A DNA stretch of 64,000 nt, from contig NC_135808.1 in the NCBI RefSeq assembly GCF_964213995.1, positions 24,614,001 to 24,678,000 on the forward strand, given 5' to 3'. This document shows, piece after piece, positions 1 to 12,494 of this stretch. This DNA comes from Mustelus asterias. Taxonomy: Eukaryota. Positions within the stretch are counted from its first letter, which is position 1. Each line of letters starts with the position of its first letter. A program made the translations under genes and the position numbers. The notes below the pieces were generated by a model. The model did not search any database. It was not told where the DNA came from and worked only from the letters and a program-made list of their open reading frames with translations.

Positions 1-164
1 GGATATTACAGGAGGTTGGGCACCGTGGAATATCAGAGGATGGAGAGAGCCTGGTGTATCCAAGAAACAATGCTTTTCACTGTGTACCAATACATGTGAC
101 AATAATAAATCACATCAAATATTACAGTAGGACTGGACCCAGTGCATCCTGGAAGTTTACTTCA

Positions 165-1470
165 GTCAGATTAAGATCAGTATTCAGAGAAATAATGGAA
201 TTCCTTCTATTGGAGACAATTCATGAAAATCTAGAATCAAATACTATAACAATGAATATTCAGCATGGATTTTGAAATGGAAAATCTTGTTTTACTCCAA
301 TTAGTGGATTTTTTGAGGATGTAACAAAGGGAATAGACAATGGTAATGTAATAGATATAATATCATATAATTTTTTTAATGTAATAGAAAAGGGGGTTCG
401 TGATGGACTGATTGACAAGGTGAAAGCATGTGGAGTTAGGGGATGAGTGACAGAATGGATCACTCACTGACTTTGGGACAGAAAGCAGAGAGTGTGAGTA
501 AAGGGTGTTTCAGAGTTACAGAAAGTGTTCCACAAGGATCAGTGCTGGGATCACCGCTGTTCACAAGTTACACTCCATAACTTGGATATTGGAATCAAAA
601 ATACCATTTCTTAATTTGCAGATAACATCAAATTGGGAGAATTATTTGATTTTGAGGAGAACTGGAATAAATTAATAGGACATGAATAAACTTGAACAAA
701 TAGTTGGTAAATAAAGTTCAGCACAGTTAAACGTGAGGTATTTTTCAGTTAACGATGAATAGGGAGGGTTGAGGAACAAAGGGATCTTGATGTACAAATA
801 CACCAATCAGTAAACATAGAGTTACAGGTTAGACAATAAACAAAATACAATCGAAAACCAGGTTTGATTTCTCGAGGAATAGAATTGTAAAGTAGTGATT
901 TTATTGCTAAACCTGTATCAAACCTTGGTTAGACCACATTTAAAGACCGTGTGCAGTTCCGGTCACCATTTCATAAAAAGGATATAGAGTCAGGGGAGAG
1001 AGTGTAGAGAAGATTTACAGAGATGATTCCAGAAATGAGTGGGTGGACATCTCAGGAAAGGATTGACCGGCTGGGTCTCTGCTCTCGGGAAAACAGAAGG
1101 CTGAGGGTTGACCGAATCGAGGATTTAAAATTAGGAAAGTTTTTTTTATAGGCCAGACACATCGAGAGTGTTCCTCTTGTGGGAAGAGCATATCCAGTGG
1201 CCATCAATACAAGAAACCCAATGGGGAATTCATGAGAAACCTCTTCACCCAAAGAGTGATGAGAATGTGGAGCTCGCTGCCACAGGGAGTGGCTGAACTG
1301 AACAGTATAGTTTAAGGGGAGGATAGACAAGCAAATGAGGGAAAGGGGAATAGAGTTAAAATGGTTGAATTAGATGAGGAATGATGGGAGAAGGCTCAAG
1401 TGGAACATAAATACCAGTATCAACTAGATGGGCCGGAAGGCCATTTTCTATGTTGTATATCCTGTGTTTC
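165..1470 (+). mobile_element. Old degraded CR1-type LINE fragment in intron 4 of gene A (paralogues ~17130-18430 and ~40980-41960)
   Basis: Remnant RT motifs (IQHGF, cacaaggatcagtgctggga, tttgcagataac) interrupted by many stops; boundaries approximate. Confidence 0.75.
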
Positions 1471-1757
1471 CTGATTCACTTTCACTCTGATTCTCTCTCA
1501 CATTTCTCTTTCTTTCACTCTGATTCACTCTTTCATTCTGTCTCTCTGATCTTTCTCTGTCTCTCATTCTCTCTCTTCCTCACTCTTAGTTGCTCATCCT
1601 CTCTCTCATTCTCTCCCACTCGCTCACATTCTATTTCTCTCTGAGTCTCACTGTTCCCTCTCCCTGATTCACTCAGTCTCTCACATTCTGTCTCTCTGAT
1701 TCTCACTTTTTTCTCTCCCTGACTCACTCAGTCTCTCTGATTCTCTCTCTCTAACAG

Positions 1758-2803
1758 AACCAAAGTCTCGCTCCCAGGTTGCTGTTACTGTCGGGATTGT
1801 GGTCGGGGTCCTCGTGCTCATCGCTCTCATCATTGTGGCTGTCGTCATCTACAACAAGAAAGGTAGGAATTGGAGGGAAAAGAGCGGTGGGTGAACTGTA
1901 GTGGATCCAGGCAGTCCGGGAGGCTGGAATTGATTCGTGCCATGACTAGCTTTTCGAATCATTTCATAACGATGGATGTCAGAGCCACCGGATGACAGCT
2001 CACTGGGGGCAGGGATTCTGGGAGAGTATTCCAGGGTGGCGGTGGCTCAGGCTGTGGGTCTCAGATTGGTGTGGGGGCGGGGATGGGGGGCTGGTGGTTG
2101 TACAGAGTGGGTGGAAGAGCTGCAGGTTTGGGATAGGGATGGTAAGGGGCTCATGATAAAGGATGAGTGTCTGAGAATTGTGGGAAGGGCCTCAAATTGG
2201 GTGAGGAGTTCAGGGTATCAGTGAGGGCTCAGCTAAGAGTGAGGGTCTAGGGACAGGACGGGAGTGATGGTCCAGGGTCAGGGTGGGAGTGAGGGTCTTG
2301 TGTCAGGATGGGAGTGAGGGTCTCTGGTTGTGGTGGGAGTGAGGGTTCAGAATTGTGTTGTTGGGGCTCAGTGCGAGTGAGAGTTCCAGCCTCTGTCTCT
2401 GATTTTCTCTCAGTCTCGTCACTCACTGAGCATTCCATGTTTTACAGGGAGAGGGAAGAGCAACTACAATCCTGCAAATAGTAAGCTGATCATCAAACAT
2501 TGTCCCTGTGCAACTGTGTACATCATTGTTCATTCTGTTTCAACGTTAGTTTGTGTGTGTGTGTGTGTGTGTGCGTGCATCGTGCGTTTCTGTGTGGGTG
2601 TGTGGGCTTCTGTGTGTCGCCGTTAGTATGGGTGTGTGAGAACCTCTTTCTCTGTGTCTCTCTGTCTCTCTCATTCTCTCTTTATCATATTCACAGTCTC
2701 TGCCTCTGTCTCTCTGATGTTGAACAATGTTTTAACACCTCTTCTTCCTTTAACAGCTTCTGATGATGGGGATTCCTCATCCAGATCCTCCACAAGTACC
2801 TGA
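1758..2803 (+). CDS. MHC class I heavy chain gene A, 3' part only: TM exon 1758-1862, cytoplasmic exons 2448-2480 and 2757-2803
   Basis: AG/GT-bounded phase-1 exons splice to EPKSRSQVAVTVGIVVGVLVLIALIIVAVVIYNKK-GRGKSNYNPAN-TSDDGDSSSRSSTST*, identical in protein to gene B exons 5-7. Upstream exons lie before position 1. Confidence 0.88.
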
Positions 2804-3234
2804 GGTATGAACTGTGTTGATAAATATTGGGAGCTGATCCTTCTAACTGGGATATTCCCGCTGGATTTAGCTGTACAATCTGGTGGGTGGGCTGTGAGCT
2901 CAGTGTCTGTCTCTCGCTCTATAGTCACTAAAGAGCAGCTCATCCAATCCAACACTGAGCTTTGAGACTGGCCTTCTGGAGACGGCTGTTCCTGTACAGT
3001 CTGAGGGTGGAGACATTGTGGGTGTTGAGGTGTCGAGACATCCGGAAACATCTCACCCTGGACAGCCTCCTCTGAGCTGCTCAATTTCCTGAAGGAATTT
3101 GTAACTCCCAGACTTTTCCCTGAAGTTGGTCACTGAGCTGTGCCGCTCCCACAGGTTTTTATTTTAGTCGTGTTTTGTGATGAGTCTGATCATTAGCTGG
3201 ATGTTTGGGGCGTGGAGTAGAGTTTAGGAGTTAA

Positions 3235-4224
3235 GCTGGTGATTGGTGGTCTGATGGGTTTCGCTGGTGTTTTGTATTCTATTGGGTTTTGCTGGTGTTT
3301 GGGACTCTGATGGGTTTAGCTGGTGTTTGGTGCTCTATTGGGTTTAGCTGGTGTTTGGGGCTCTGATGGGTTTAGCTGGTGTTTGGGGTCCTGATGGGTT
3401 TAGCTGGTGTTTGGGGATCTGATGGGTTTTGCTGGTGTTTGGGGGTCTGATGGGTTTTGCTGGTGTTTGGGGCTCCGATGGGTTTTGCTGGTGTTTGGGG
3501 CTCTGATATGTTTTGCTGGTGTTTGGGGGTCTGATGGGTTTAACTGGTGTCAGGGAGTCTGATGGGTTTAGCTGGTGTTTGGGGCTCTGATGGGTGTAGC
3601 TGGTGTTTGGGTTTCTGCTGGGTTATCTGGTGTTTGGAGGTCTGATGGATTGAGCTGGTGTTTGGGGCTCTGATGGGTTAGCTGATGCTTGGGGTCTGAT
3701 GGGTTTTGCTGGCGTTTGGGGGTCTGATGGGTTTTGCTGGTGTTTGGGGTCTGATGGGATTTGCTGGTGTTTGGGGCTCTGATGGGTTGAGCTGGTGTTT
3801 GGGGCTCTGATGGGTTCAGCTGGTGTTTGGGGCTCTGATGGGTTTCGCTCGTGTTTGGGGCTCTAATGGGTTTTGCTGGTGTTTGAGGGTCCGATGGGTT
3901 TCGCTGGTGTTTGGGGATCTGATGGGTTTTGTTGGTGTTTGGGGCTCTGATGGGTTTAGCTGGTGTTTGGAGGTCTGATGGGTTTTGCTGGTGTTTGGGG
4001 CTCTGATGGGTTTAGCTGGTGATTGGTGCTCTGATGGTTTAGCTGGTGTTTGGGGCTCTGATGGGTTTAACTGGTGTTTAGGGCTCTTGTGGGTTTTGCT
4101 GGTGTTTGGGGCTCCGAAGGGTGTTGCTGGTGTTAGGGGCTTTTGTGGGTTTAGCTGCTGTTTGGGGCTCTGATGGGTTTCGCTGGTGTTTCGGGGGTCT
4201 GATGGGTTTTGCTGGTGTTTGTGG
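3235..4224. repeat. ~28-bp satellite (TCTGATGGGTTTWGCTGGTGTTTGGGGC)n downstream of gene A stop; resumes at 5138-5220 and ~6900-6980
   Basis: Tandem array directly visible in the sequence. Confidence 0.95.
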
Positions 4225-5137
4225 TCATAGAGTCATAGAGGTTTATAGCATGGAAACAGGCCCTTCGACCCAACTTGTCCATGCCGCCCTTATATATTTT
4301 TAAAAACCCCTAAACTAATCCCAATTGCTCGCATTTGGCCCATATCCCTCTATACCCATCGTACCCATGTAACTATCTAAATGCTTTTGAAAAGATAAAA
4401 TTGTACCTGCCTCTACTACTACCTCTGGCAGCTTGTTCCAGACACTCACTATCCTCTGTGTGAAAAAATTGCGCCTCTGGACAGTTTTGCATCTCTCCCC
4501 TCTCACCTTAAACCTATGCCCTCTAGTTTTAGACTCCCCGACCTTTGGGAAAAGATATTGACTATCTACCTTGTCTATGCCCCTCATTATTTTATAGACC
4601 TCTAGAAGGTCACCCCTTAGCCTCCTACACTCCAGAGAAAAAGTCCCAGTCTATTCAGCCTCTCCTCAAAACTCAATCCATCAAGTCCCGGTACCATCCT
4701 AGTAAATCTTTTCTGCACTCTTTCTAGTTTAATAATATCCTTTCTATAATAGGGTCGACAGAATTGCACACAGCATTCCAAGTGTGGCCTTACCAATTCC
4801 GTGTACAACTTCAACAAGACGTCCCAACTCCTGTATTCAATGTTCTGACCAATGAAACCAAGCATGCCGAATGCCTTCTTCACCACTCTGTCCACCTGTG
4901 ACTCCACTTTCAAGGAGTTATGAACATGCACTCCGAGATCTCTTTGTTCTGTAACTCTCCCCAACGCCCGACCATTAACTGAGTAACTCCTGCCCTGGTT
5001 CAATCTACCAAAATGCATTACCTCGCATTTGTCGAAATGAAACTCCATCTGCCATTCGCCGGCCCACTGGCCCAATTGATCAAGATCCCGCTGCAATTGG
5101 AGATAACCTTCCTCACTGTCCACCATGCCACAAATCT
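4225..5137 (-). mobile_element. 5'-truncated CR1 LINE inserted in the satellite
   Basis: ORFs 4617-5126 and 4315-4587 encode the CR1 RT C-terminus (LQRDLDQL, LVRPHLE, TRGHRFK); (CTCTATGA)n tail at the left end. Confidence 0.92.
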
Positions 5138-5229
5138 GGGTCTGATGGGTTTTGCTAGTGTTTGGGGTCTGCTGGGTTTAGCTGGTGTTTGGAGGTCTGA
5201 TGGGATTTGCTGGTGGTGTGTGGTTGGAA

Positions 5230-6890
5230 TGTTGAAGGATAGAATATTTATGATTGAGAGCGAGGCCATTCAGCCCATCATATCCCTTCCTGTTCATGAA
5301 GAACTCTCCTGCTTAATATCACCTCCTGTACTCGATCTGTAGCTCTGTCGATCACAGCTCTTCAACTCGACGTCCAAGAATGGATTCAATGTGGTGAGAG
5401 TTTCTGCGTCTACCATCCTTTCAGACAGTGCTTCAGCTGTCGTCTATCTGGTGTTGTTACAATTCTAGCAAAACCATTCTGCTGTCTGTCTCAACTGATG
5501 AAAGAAAAGCATGTTATGTACCTTCTTTACCATGTAATTAACCTGTCCTGAAAACTTTCCCAATCTGTGGACATGCACTCCTGGATCCCTCTGATCCTCC
5601 ACATTACTCATTATCCTCCCATTTACTGGGGAATCCCTTTGCCTTGTTCATCCTCCCGAAATCCATCACCTCTCACTGCTCCAGATTGAATTCCATTTTC
5701 CAATGCTTTTCCCAACTGCTCAGGCCATCTCTATCTTCCTGCAATCTGAAGCTTTCCTCTTCACTGACACCCACACAGATAATATTTGTACCTCTGTAAA
5801 CTCTTTATCATTCCCGCTGCATTTGAATCTAAATGATTCACATGAACTACAAAAAGTGAGGGTGTGAGTGCTGGGTCCTGTGGAACCCCCACTGGTAACA
5901 AGAAGTCTTGTTTAGGTCTGAGAAGTCTCTCAACATCAGGTTAAAATCCAATTCGGAATCACGAGCTTTCGGAGAACTGCTCCTTCGTCAGATGAGTGAT
6001 GGTCAGTCCAACGCCGGCATCTCCACATCATGGGCATCATTCTAGTCGCAATCAACCCCTTACCCCTTTGCTTCCTGCCACTGAGCTAATTTGGGGTCTG
6101 ATTTGTCAATGTCTCTTGGATCTCGATGAGTTTTACATTTCTGACCAGCCTGCCATGTGGGACCTTGTCCAAAGCATTATTAAAATGCATGTTGACCTTG
6201 TCCACCTCACTGCCCTCATCAACCCTCCTTCTCACCTCTTCCAAATTTTCAGTCAGAAAGCTTGAGATGAGCTCCCCTTAAATCCACGCTAACTTCCCTC
6301 GACTAATCTGTGCCTTTCTCGATGAAGGTTTGTACCGTTCCTCATAATTGGTTCCAACAATGTTCCCACTGCCGAAGTTACACTAACTGGTGTATAATTA
6401 CTCAGATTGCCCCTTCTCTTTTCAATCCATGGTGTAATGTTGGCAGTCATTTAATCTTCTTCCACACTCCTGTAGCCCGGGAGGAATGATTCTGATGATC
6501 AGAGCCTCTGCAATTCCCTCCTTTGCTTCTTTTAACCCGGTGATTTACCATCTTTCAAAGTTATAAAATCCCTGAATACATCATCTCTTACAGTGTTTAT
6601 CTGATGCAGTAATTCACACACTTCTTCTTTAAGTGCAATGTCAGCATTGCTCCCTGTTTCCCAAAGACAGTGGCAATGTATTTATTCACAACCTCAACAC
6701 ATTCTCCCTCCTCTCTCACAGACTATCTTATTGGTGTTCACCAGGCCTTACTCTTTCCTTATCCTTTTCTCTTCAGGTACTTAAAGAACATCCTTGGAGG
6801 TTCCTTGATTTTTCTTGCCAGTATTTTGTCGTGCCCCCTCTCCTTTCCCAGTATTCCTCTCTCAGTATCTCTTCCAGGTTTCTGCATTGT
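5230..6890 (-). mobile_element. Old degraded CR1-like LINE carrying a Penelope terminal fragment (~5905-6030); paralogues ~24015-25680 and ~44480-46280
   Basis: Reverse-strand RT remnants shared by three units; the Penelope piece is present only in units A and B. Confidence 0.65.
5959..5995 (-). ncRNA. Minimal hammerhead ribozyme motif of a Penelope fragment
   Basis: Reverse complement reads TCAT-CTGACGA-A-GGAG-CAGTT-CTCC-GAAA-GC-TC-GTGA. Confidence 0.75.
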
Positions 6891-7249
6891 TAGGCGTGAG
6901 GGGTCTGATGGATTTTGCTGCTGGTTTTTGTGGGGGTCTGATGGGTTTTGTTGGGTGTGTTCCAGCTCTGCTGGCTTTGCCTCAGTTTTTCTTTCTCATC
7001 CCCAGTGCCCTCCAGTGCATTCCAGGGTTTGTAATCTAGGAACACCAGTTCCCAAGAACAGCAGCGGGAGAGGATGAGAGAATGAGGGAAGATGTGATTT
7101 CATCAAGGTGACAGCGACCGACTGATTCAAGCTCCACATATGTGATTCTGTTTAAATGGAACTGTGATGATGGTTTGGAAGTAATTGCTATATCTGGAGC
7201 TGCACTTTCTGAGCTATTCTGATCTGAGCTGCTTATTCTGCACAGACAC

Positions 7250-8170
7250 TAGAGGGCGATCTTATGAAAAATATTCTCTGTCCAGAAAGAGCATGAAAAT
7301 GGGAGAGTTTCTGATCCGTGTTTCAGGCGTATCCAAATCTACAATCTTATGCACTTGTTTCTCACCCTTGTAGGGGGAGGGGGCAGGTCTTAAATAACCA
7401 GAATGCTGCCTGAAAGCAGCAGAGGACACCATTGCGCATCTGCAGGTCCCTCTGCTCTGAGCTGCAGAGAGACCTGTCACTCAGCCTCTGCTGCTTTCAC
7501 CAGACCTCCATGGCCTAAACACGGACTCCCCAGCTGCCACGGCGGTCCGTGGCCTAATGCAACCCCTGATGGTCGGACCAATTGACCCCGTGACACCCTA
7601 CATGTCCGGACAGACCAAACCGCGCCTCTGGGACAGATTGAACCCCGTGACCCCCCTCCCCCTAATTCGGACCGACTTTCCCTGTCCATCCCACCACCGA
7701 TCGCAATGCAGTAGCCCCCGCTACTTCTCTCACTGATGGCAAATACTCAGTGGCAGTAGCCCCCCCACACCCCAAATTGCAAATGCATAGCGTGCAGCGC
7801 CCCGCCCCCATCACCACAGGTTGGTCCCACCCCAGTAGAGCCCCCCTCCAAATAATCAGGCTCCACACCCTTCCCACTCCCACTGCCTGGTGCGCACTTC
7901 GAAGATACCAGGCTGGCACTGCCCGCAAGGCACTCCCCCCAACCTCTCGGGGTGGCTTCAATGGCTTCTGGATCCACGAGCGAGGCATCGGGTCTGGTCC
8001 CTGTTGTGATTCTCGCTGGAGTGAACCTCTCCCGTGAGGCCACAGAGACGAGAGCCCAGATGATTGCGCCGCGGGCTCGCTCATTTTGTTCTAAACAGGT
8101 TTTAAATGTAGTCAAGTATTTTATTCAGCCTCGCGCCGCAATGTGTGAGAAATCGGGTGCGAATCTCATC
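7250..8170. repeat. GC-rich interspersed repeat, possibly a non-autonomous DNA element (paralogue ~26040-26955; absent from unit C)
   Basis: GC-rich block present in units A and B but not at the matching place after gene C; no recognisable protein. Confidence 0.4.
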
Positions 8171-9096
8171 TGTATTGAACTCATGAATTCCAATATCTTC
8201 TGCCCTTTCCTGATTTTTTCTCTTAATGTCTGTTATTCATTGGTGAGTGTGTTTGTGTCACATCCCCCCTTCCCAAGCACTCTGTCTGGGGAAATAACAA
8301 ACATTATTGAAATATCAGAGCTTTTGTATCAAACTGTCATCTGCAACTCCAAATGTCAGATCGCGGTAAATTTCCAATTCTTGTCACTGTTGGAAATATT
8401 GTTACACTTTGCAGTATTGGACACAATTGTTACCTGTATGTGTGTGTGTGTTATTAAAACAACAGAAAAGGTTTATTCTGCTCGGAGCTGAATGGGTTAA
8501 TTCTAAATTAAAACACATTTGGTGAAGGAATTCACTGTCACCGCGATTTCAGAAAGTGACTGGGTTACAATGTTCTCAGAGTAATGGCGGTTTCAGCAGA
8601 ACAAAGATATTTCTTCATCTCTTGTGGATTCACCAATTCAAACTGGATACTTCCGAATAAAAACCTTGGAGCAAAATGGATTAGAAGATAAAGTCCCAAT
8701 TGTTCCCCAGGGTTGTTTTTAAATGGAGATTTTAAAAACAAGAATAATCCATGAACAATCACCTTCAATTCATTCCTGAATTTGAAATTACACCATTAAA
8801 GCTTAAAAAAAATGACCCCACTCTGACAGATGTGAATTTGTATCTGGATTAGAGATCCCACATGTTTCACCCATTTCAACAGAGTTTCATTGTAACGGCA
8901 ACAAGCTCCCAGTTTAAAAACTTTTAAACTGTTCTCCCCCTTTAGACCTCACCATTTTGAGGAAAACACAGAGTTGGAGCTGGTCTGAAGGAACAGCAAC
9001 ACAGAGCATTCACACAGCCTTTTCTCATTCACTAACAGGAAGTTTACACACACACATCTGTCCACACAATTCTTTCTCACATCACTTCAAGTTTCA

Positions 9097-9980
9097 CATT
9101 TGGAGGAAAATGTAACTGGATTGATTAGTCAGTTTGCGGACGACACAAAGGTTGGTGGATTTGCGGACAGCGATGAGGACCATCAGAGGATGCAGCAAGA
9201 TGTAGATCAGTTGGAGACTTGGGTGGAGAGATGGCAGGTGAAGTTTAATCCAGACAAATGTGAAGCAATGCATTTTGGAAGGTCTAATACAGATAGGAAA
9301 TATACAGTAAATGGCAGAACCCTTCAGAGTATTGATAGCAAAGGGATCTGGGTGTACAGGTACACAGGTCACTGAAAGTGGCAATGCAGGTGGAGAAGGT
9401 AGTCAAGGCGGCATATGGCATGCTTACCTTAATTGGCTCTTGGAATATCGTGTTCCATTCTGGTCGCCACACTACCAGAAGGATGTGGAGACTTTGGAGA
9501 GAGTACAGAAAATATTTACCAGGATGTTGCCTGGTATGGAGGGCATTAGCTATGGGGAGAGGTTGGAGAAACTTGGTTTGTTCTCACTGGAGCGACGGAG
9601 GTTGAGGGGAGGCCTGATAGAAGTCGACAAGATTATGAGGGGCACGGACAGAGTGGATAGTCAGAAGTTTTTTCCCAGGGTGGAAGAGTCAATTACTAGG
9701 GGGCACAGGTTTAAGGTGCGAGGGGCAAGGTTTAAAGGAGATGTACAAGGCAGATTTTTTTTAAAAACAAAGAGTAGTGGGTGCCTGGAATTCGTGGCCG
9801 GGGGGAGGGAGTGGAAGCGGGTATGGCAGTGACTTTTAAGGGGCATCTTGACAAGTACATGAATAGGATGGGAATAGAGGGATATGTTTCCCGGAAGAGT
9901 AGGGGGTTTTAGTTAAGTTAGGCAGCATGGTTGGTGCAGGCTTGGAGGGCCGAAGGGCCTGTTCCTGTGCTGTAATTTTC
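9097..9980 (+). mobile_element. 5'-truncated CR1 LINE, specific to unit A
   Basis: ORFs with FADDTK, FWSPHYQKD and TRGHRFK; it interrupts sequence that is continuous at ~27880 and ~48930. Confidence 0.92.
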
Positions 9981-10649
9981 TTGGCATATATTCCTATTCT
10001 CATGAAAGAGCATCTTATCCAAACTGAAAGTTGGCCAAGGCCGGAATTGAACCCGCGTCCCTGGTACTGTGAGGCAGCAGCGCTAACCACTGTGCCAGCG
10101 TGTCACCCACTTGGACACAGGTTGCTTCACATCCTTTAGATCTGTGCACAGAACGGAGACATATTCATAAAGTAAAAGGAACAGTTGTTTGTTTACAAAT
10201 CAGGATATCTCTGAACATAAACAACCCGGTTGTTCACACAGTATTTTAAACTTTACTGTGAGTTTCTTTAATTGCTTTTTTCTAACCTGCTTCTGATATT
10301 CCACCAACCAGACATCAACAGCCCATTTCTGAAAAGCAGCGAGATCCATTTCTTCATCCTGATTCAATAATCTAATCTTTGGCCTCACATCTCCGTGATC
10401 TCTCACTATTTGTTTCTTCCCGTCGATTTTCTCCCAAACATTCCAATTTCCCTACTCTGATCCAAGCATCCAATCACCAAATACTGTTTCTTTGTGCACC
10501 ATTTGACCTTTCAATTTAACTCTGCTCGATCAACTGTCCACTTTCTCAAATCACTTCCTTCCTGAACAAACACTAACTTCTCAAACAAGGCTCGGCAAGC
10601 TGAGACCTATTTTTATCGTGATTGCTTCAATGGTACAAGGTTTAATATA

Positions 10650-10887
10650 AGTACAGGACACAGCTCACACACTGAGAGGGACAGTATCAGTACAGGACAC
10701 AGCTCACACACTGAGAGGGACAGTATCAGAACAGGACACAGCTCACACACTGAGAGGGACAGTATCAGTACAGGACACAGCTCACACACTGAGAGGGACA
10801 GTATCAGTAATGGACACAGCTCACACACTGAGAGGGACAGTATCAGTAAAGCACAGCGCTCACACACTGAGAGGGATGCTATCAGTG
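10650..10887. repeat. 39-bp minisatellite (AGTACAGGACACAGCTCACACACTGAGAGGGACAGTATC), about 6 copies
   Basis: Direct tandem repeat; it produces the repetitive ORF 10613-11125. Confidence 0.95.
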
Positions 10888-11242
10888 CAGAACTGTGACC
10901 GGGATGCAGAATGATCTGGACAGGTTGAGTGAGTGGGCAAATTGATGGCAGATGCAGTATAATTTGCATAAATGTGAGGTTATTCACTTTGGAAGCAAAA
11001 AAAAGGCAGATTACTATCTGAATGGTGTAAATTGGGAGAAGGGAGTGTGCAGTAGGACTTGGGTGTCCTTGTGCATCAGTCACTGAAGGTAGGCACGCAG
11101 GTGCAGCAGGCGGTAAAGAAGGCAAATGGCATGTTCGCCTTCACTGCGAGAGGTTTTGAGTGCAGGGGCAAGGATGTGTTGTTGCAATTAAACAGGGCCT
11201 TGGTGAGGCCACACCTAGGGTATTGTGTGCAGTTTTGGTCTT

Positions 11243-12494
11243 TGTTTACTTGCAACAATGATGTGGAGATGCCGACGTTGGACAGGTAAAAACACAGTCA
11301 GAATTTTAACAACACCAGGTGAAGGTCCAACAGGTTTATTTGATGGCAAATGCCATTAGCTTTTAGGTGTCTGTTGCGATCCTCCTCCAGACGCTGAAAG
11401 ATGCCCTCATAAGAACAGGATATGGCGCTCGACTCATTGATCAACATTTCCGACGCGCCACAGCGAAAAACCGCACCGACCTCCTCAGAAGACAAACACG
11501 CGACACGGTGGACAGAATACCCTTCGTCGTCCAGTACTTTCCCGGAGCGGAGAAGCTACGGCATCTCCTCCGGAGCATTCAACATGTCATTGATGAAGAT
11601 GAACATCTCGCCAAGGCCATCCCCACACCCCCACTTCTTGCCTTCAAACAACCGCACAACCTCAAACAGATCATTGTCCGCAGCAAACTACCCAGCCTTC
11701 AGGAGAACAGTGACCATGACACCACACAACCCTGCCACAGCAACCTCTGCAAGACGTGCCGGATCATCGACACGGATGCCATCATCTCACGTGAGAACAC
11801 CATCCACCAGGTACACGGTACATACTCTTGCAACTTGGCCAACGTTGTCTACCTGATACGCTGCAGGAAAGGATGTCCTGAGGCATGGTACATTGGAGAA
11901 ACCATGCAGGCGCTACGACAACGGATGGATGAACACCGCTTGACAATCACCAGGCAAGACTGTTGTCTTCCTGTTGGGGAGCACTTCAGCGGTCACGGGC
12001 ATTCAGCCTCTGATGTTCGGGTAAGCATTCTCCAAGGCGGCCTTCACGACACACGACAGCGCAGAGTCGCTGAGCAGAAACTGAGAGCCAAGTTCCGCAC
12101 ACATGAGGACGGCCTAAACCGGGATGTTGGGTTTATGTCACACTATCAGTAACCCCCACAGCTTGCCTCCTGGACTTGCAGAATCTCACTGGTTGTCCTG
12201 TCTGGAGACAATACACATCTCTTTAACCTGTGCTTAATGCTCCCTCCACTCACATTGTCTGTATCTTTAAGACCTGGTTGGCTGTAGAGATTCGCATTCT
12301 AATCAGTATTCTGTAACTTGATTTTGTGTCTCTGTATGCCCTGTTTGAGAGCAGATTTCCACTCCATCTGACGAAGGAGCAGCGCTCCGAAAGCTAATGG
12401 CATTTGCTACCAAATAAACATGTTGGACTTTAACCTGGTGTCGTTAAAACTCTTATTGTGTTTACCCCAGTCCAACGCCGGCATCTCCACATTA
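11243..12494 (+). mobile_element. Penelope-like retroelement, 5'-truncated, with GIY-YIG endonuclease ORF 11367-12152 and an inverted terminal copy
   Basis: CxxxxCKTC, VVYLIRC...WYIGET...LRQRMDEH and GLN motifs; 11243-11363 is the reverse complement of ~12390-12510. Confidence 0.92.
12364..12400 (+). ncRNA. Minimal hammerhead ribozyme in the Penelope terminal repeat
   Basis: CCAT-CTGACGA-A-GGAGC-AGC-GCTCC-GAAA-GC-TA-ATGG: intact core, stem II and stem I (CCAT/ATGG). Confidence 0.82.

Noticed and set aside
2804-2810. Donor-like G|GTATGA just after the stop codon, suggesting a 3' UTR intron
   Set aside because: Not conserved in gene C (GATATGA) and no clear partner exon; cannot be supported without cDNA.
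2671-3084. Antisense ORF of 137-140 aa over the last exon of A and C
   Set aside because: No recognisable domain, not reported as an equivalent ORF in unit B, and explained by paralogy of the 3' UTR.
3235-4224. Regular ~28-bp repeats resembling a CRISPR array
   Set aside because: Head-to-tail units with no unique spacers, no cas genes, and a vertebrate context.
10613-11125. ORF with repeated LSVCELCPVLI resembling a metal-binding repeat protein
   Set aside because: Product of the 39-bp minisatellite fused to antisense CR1.
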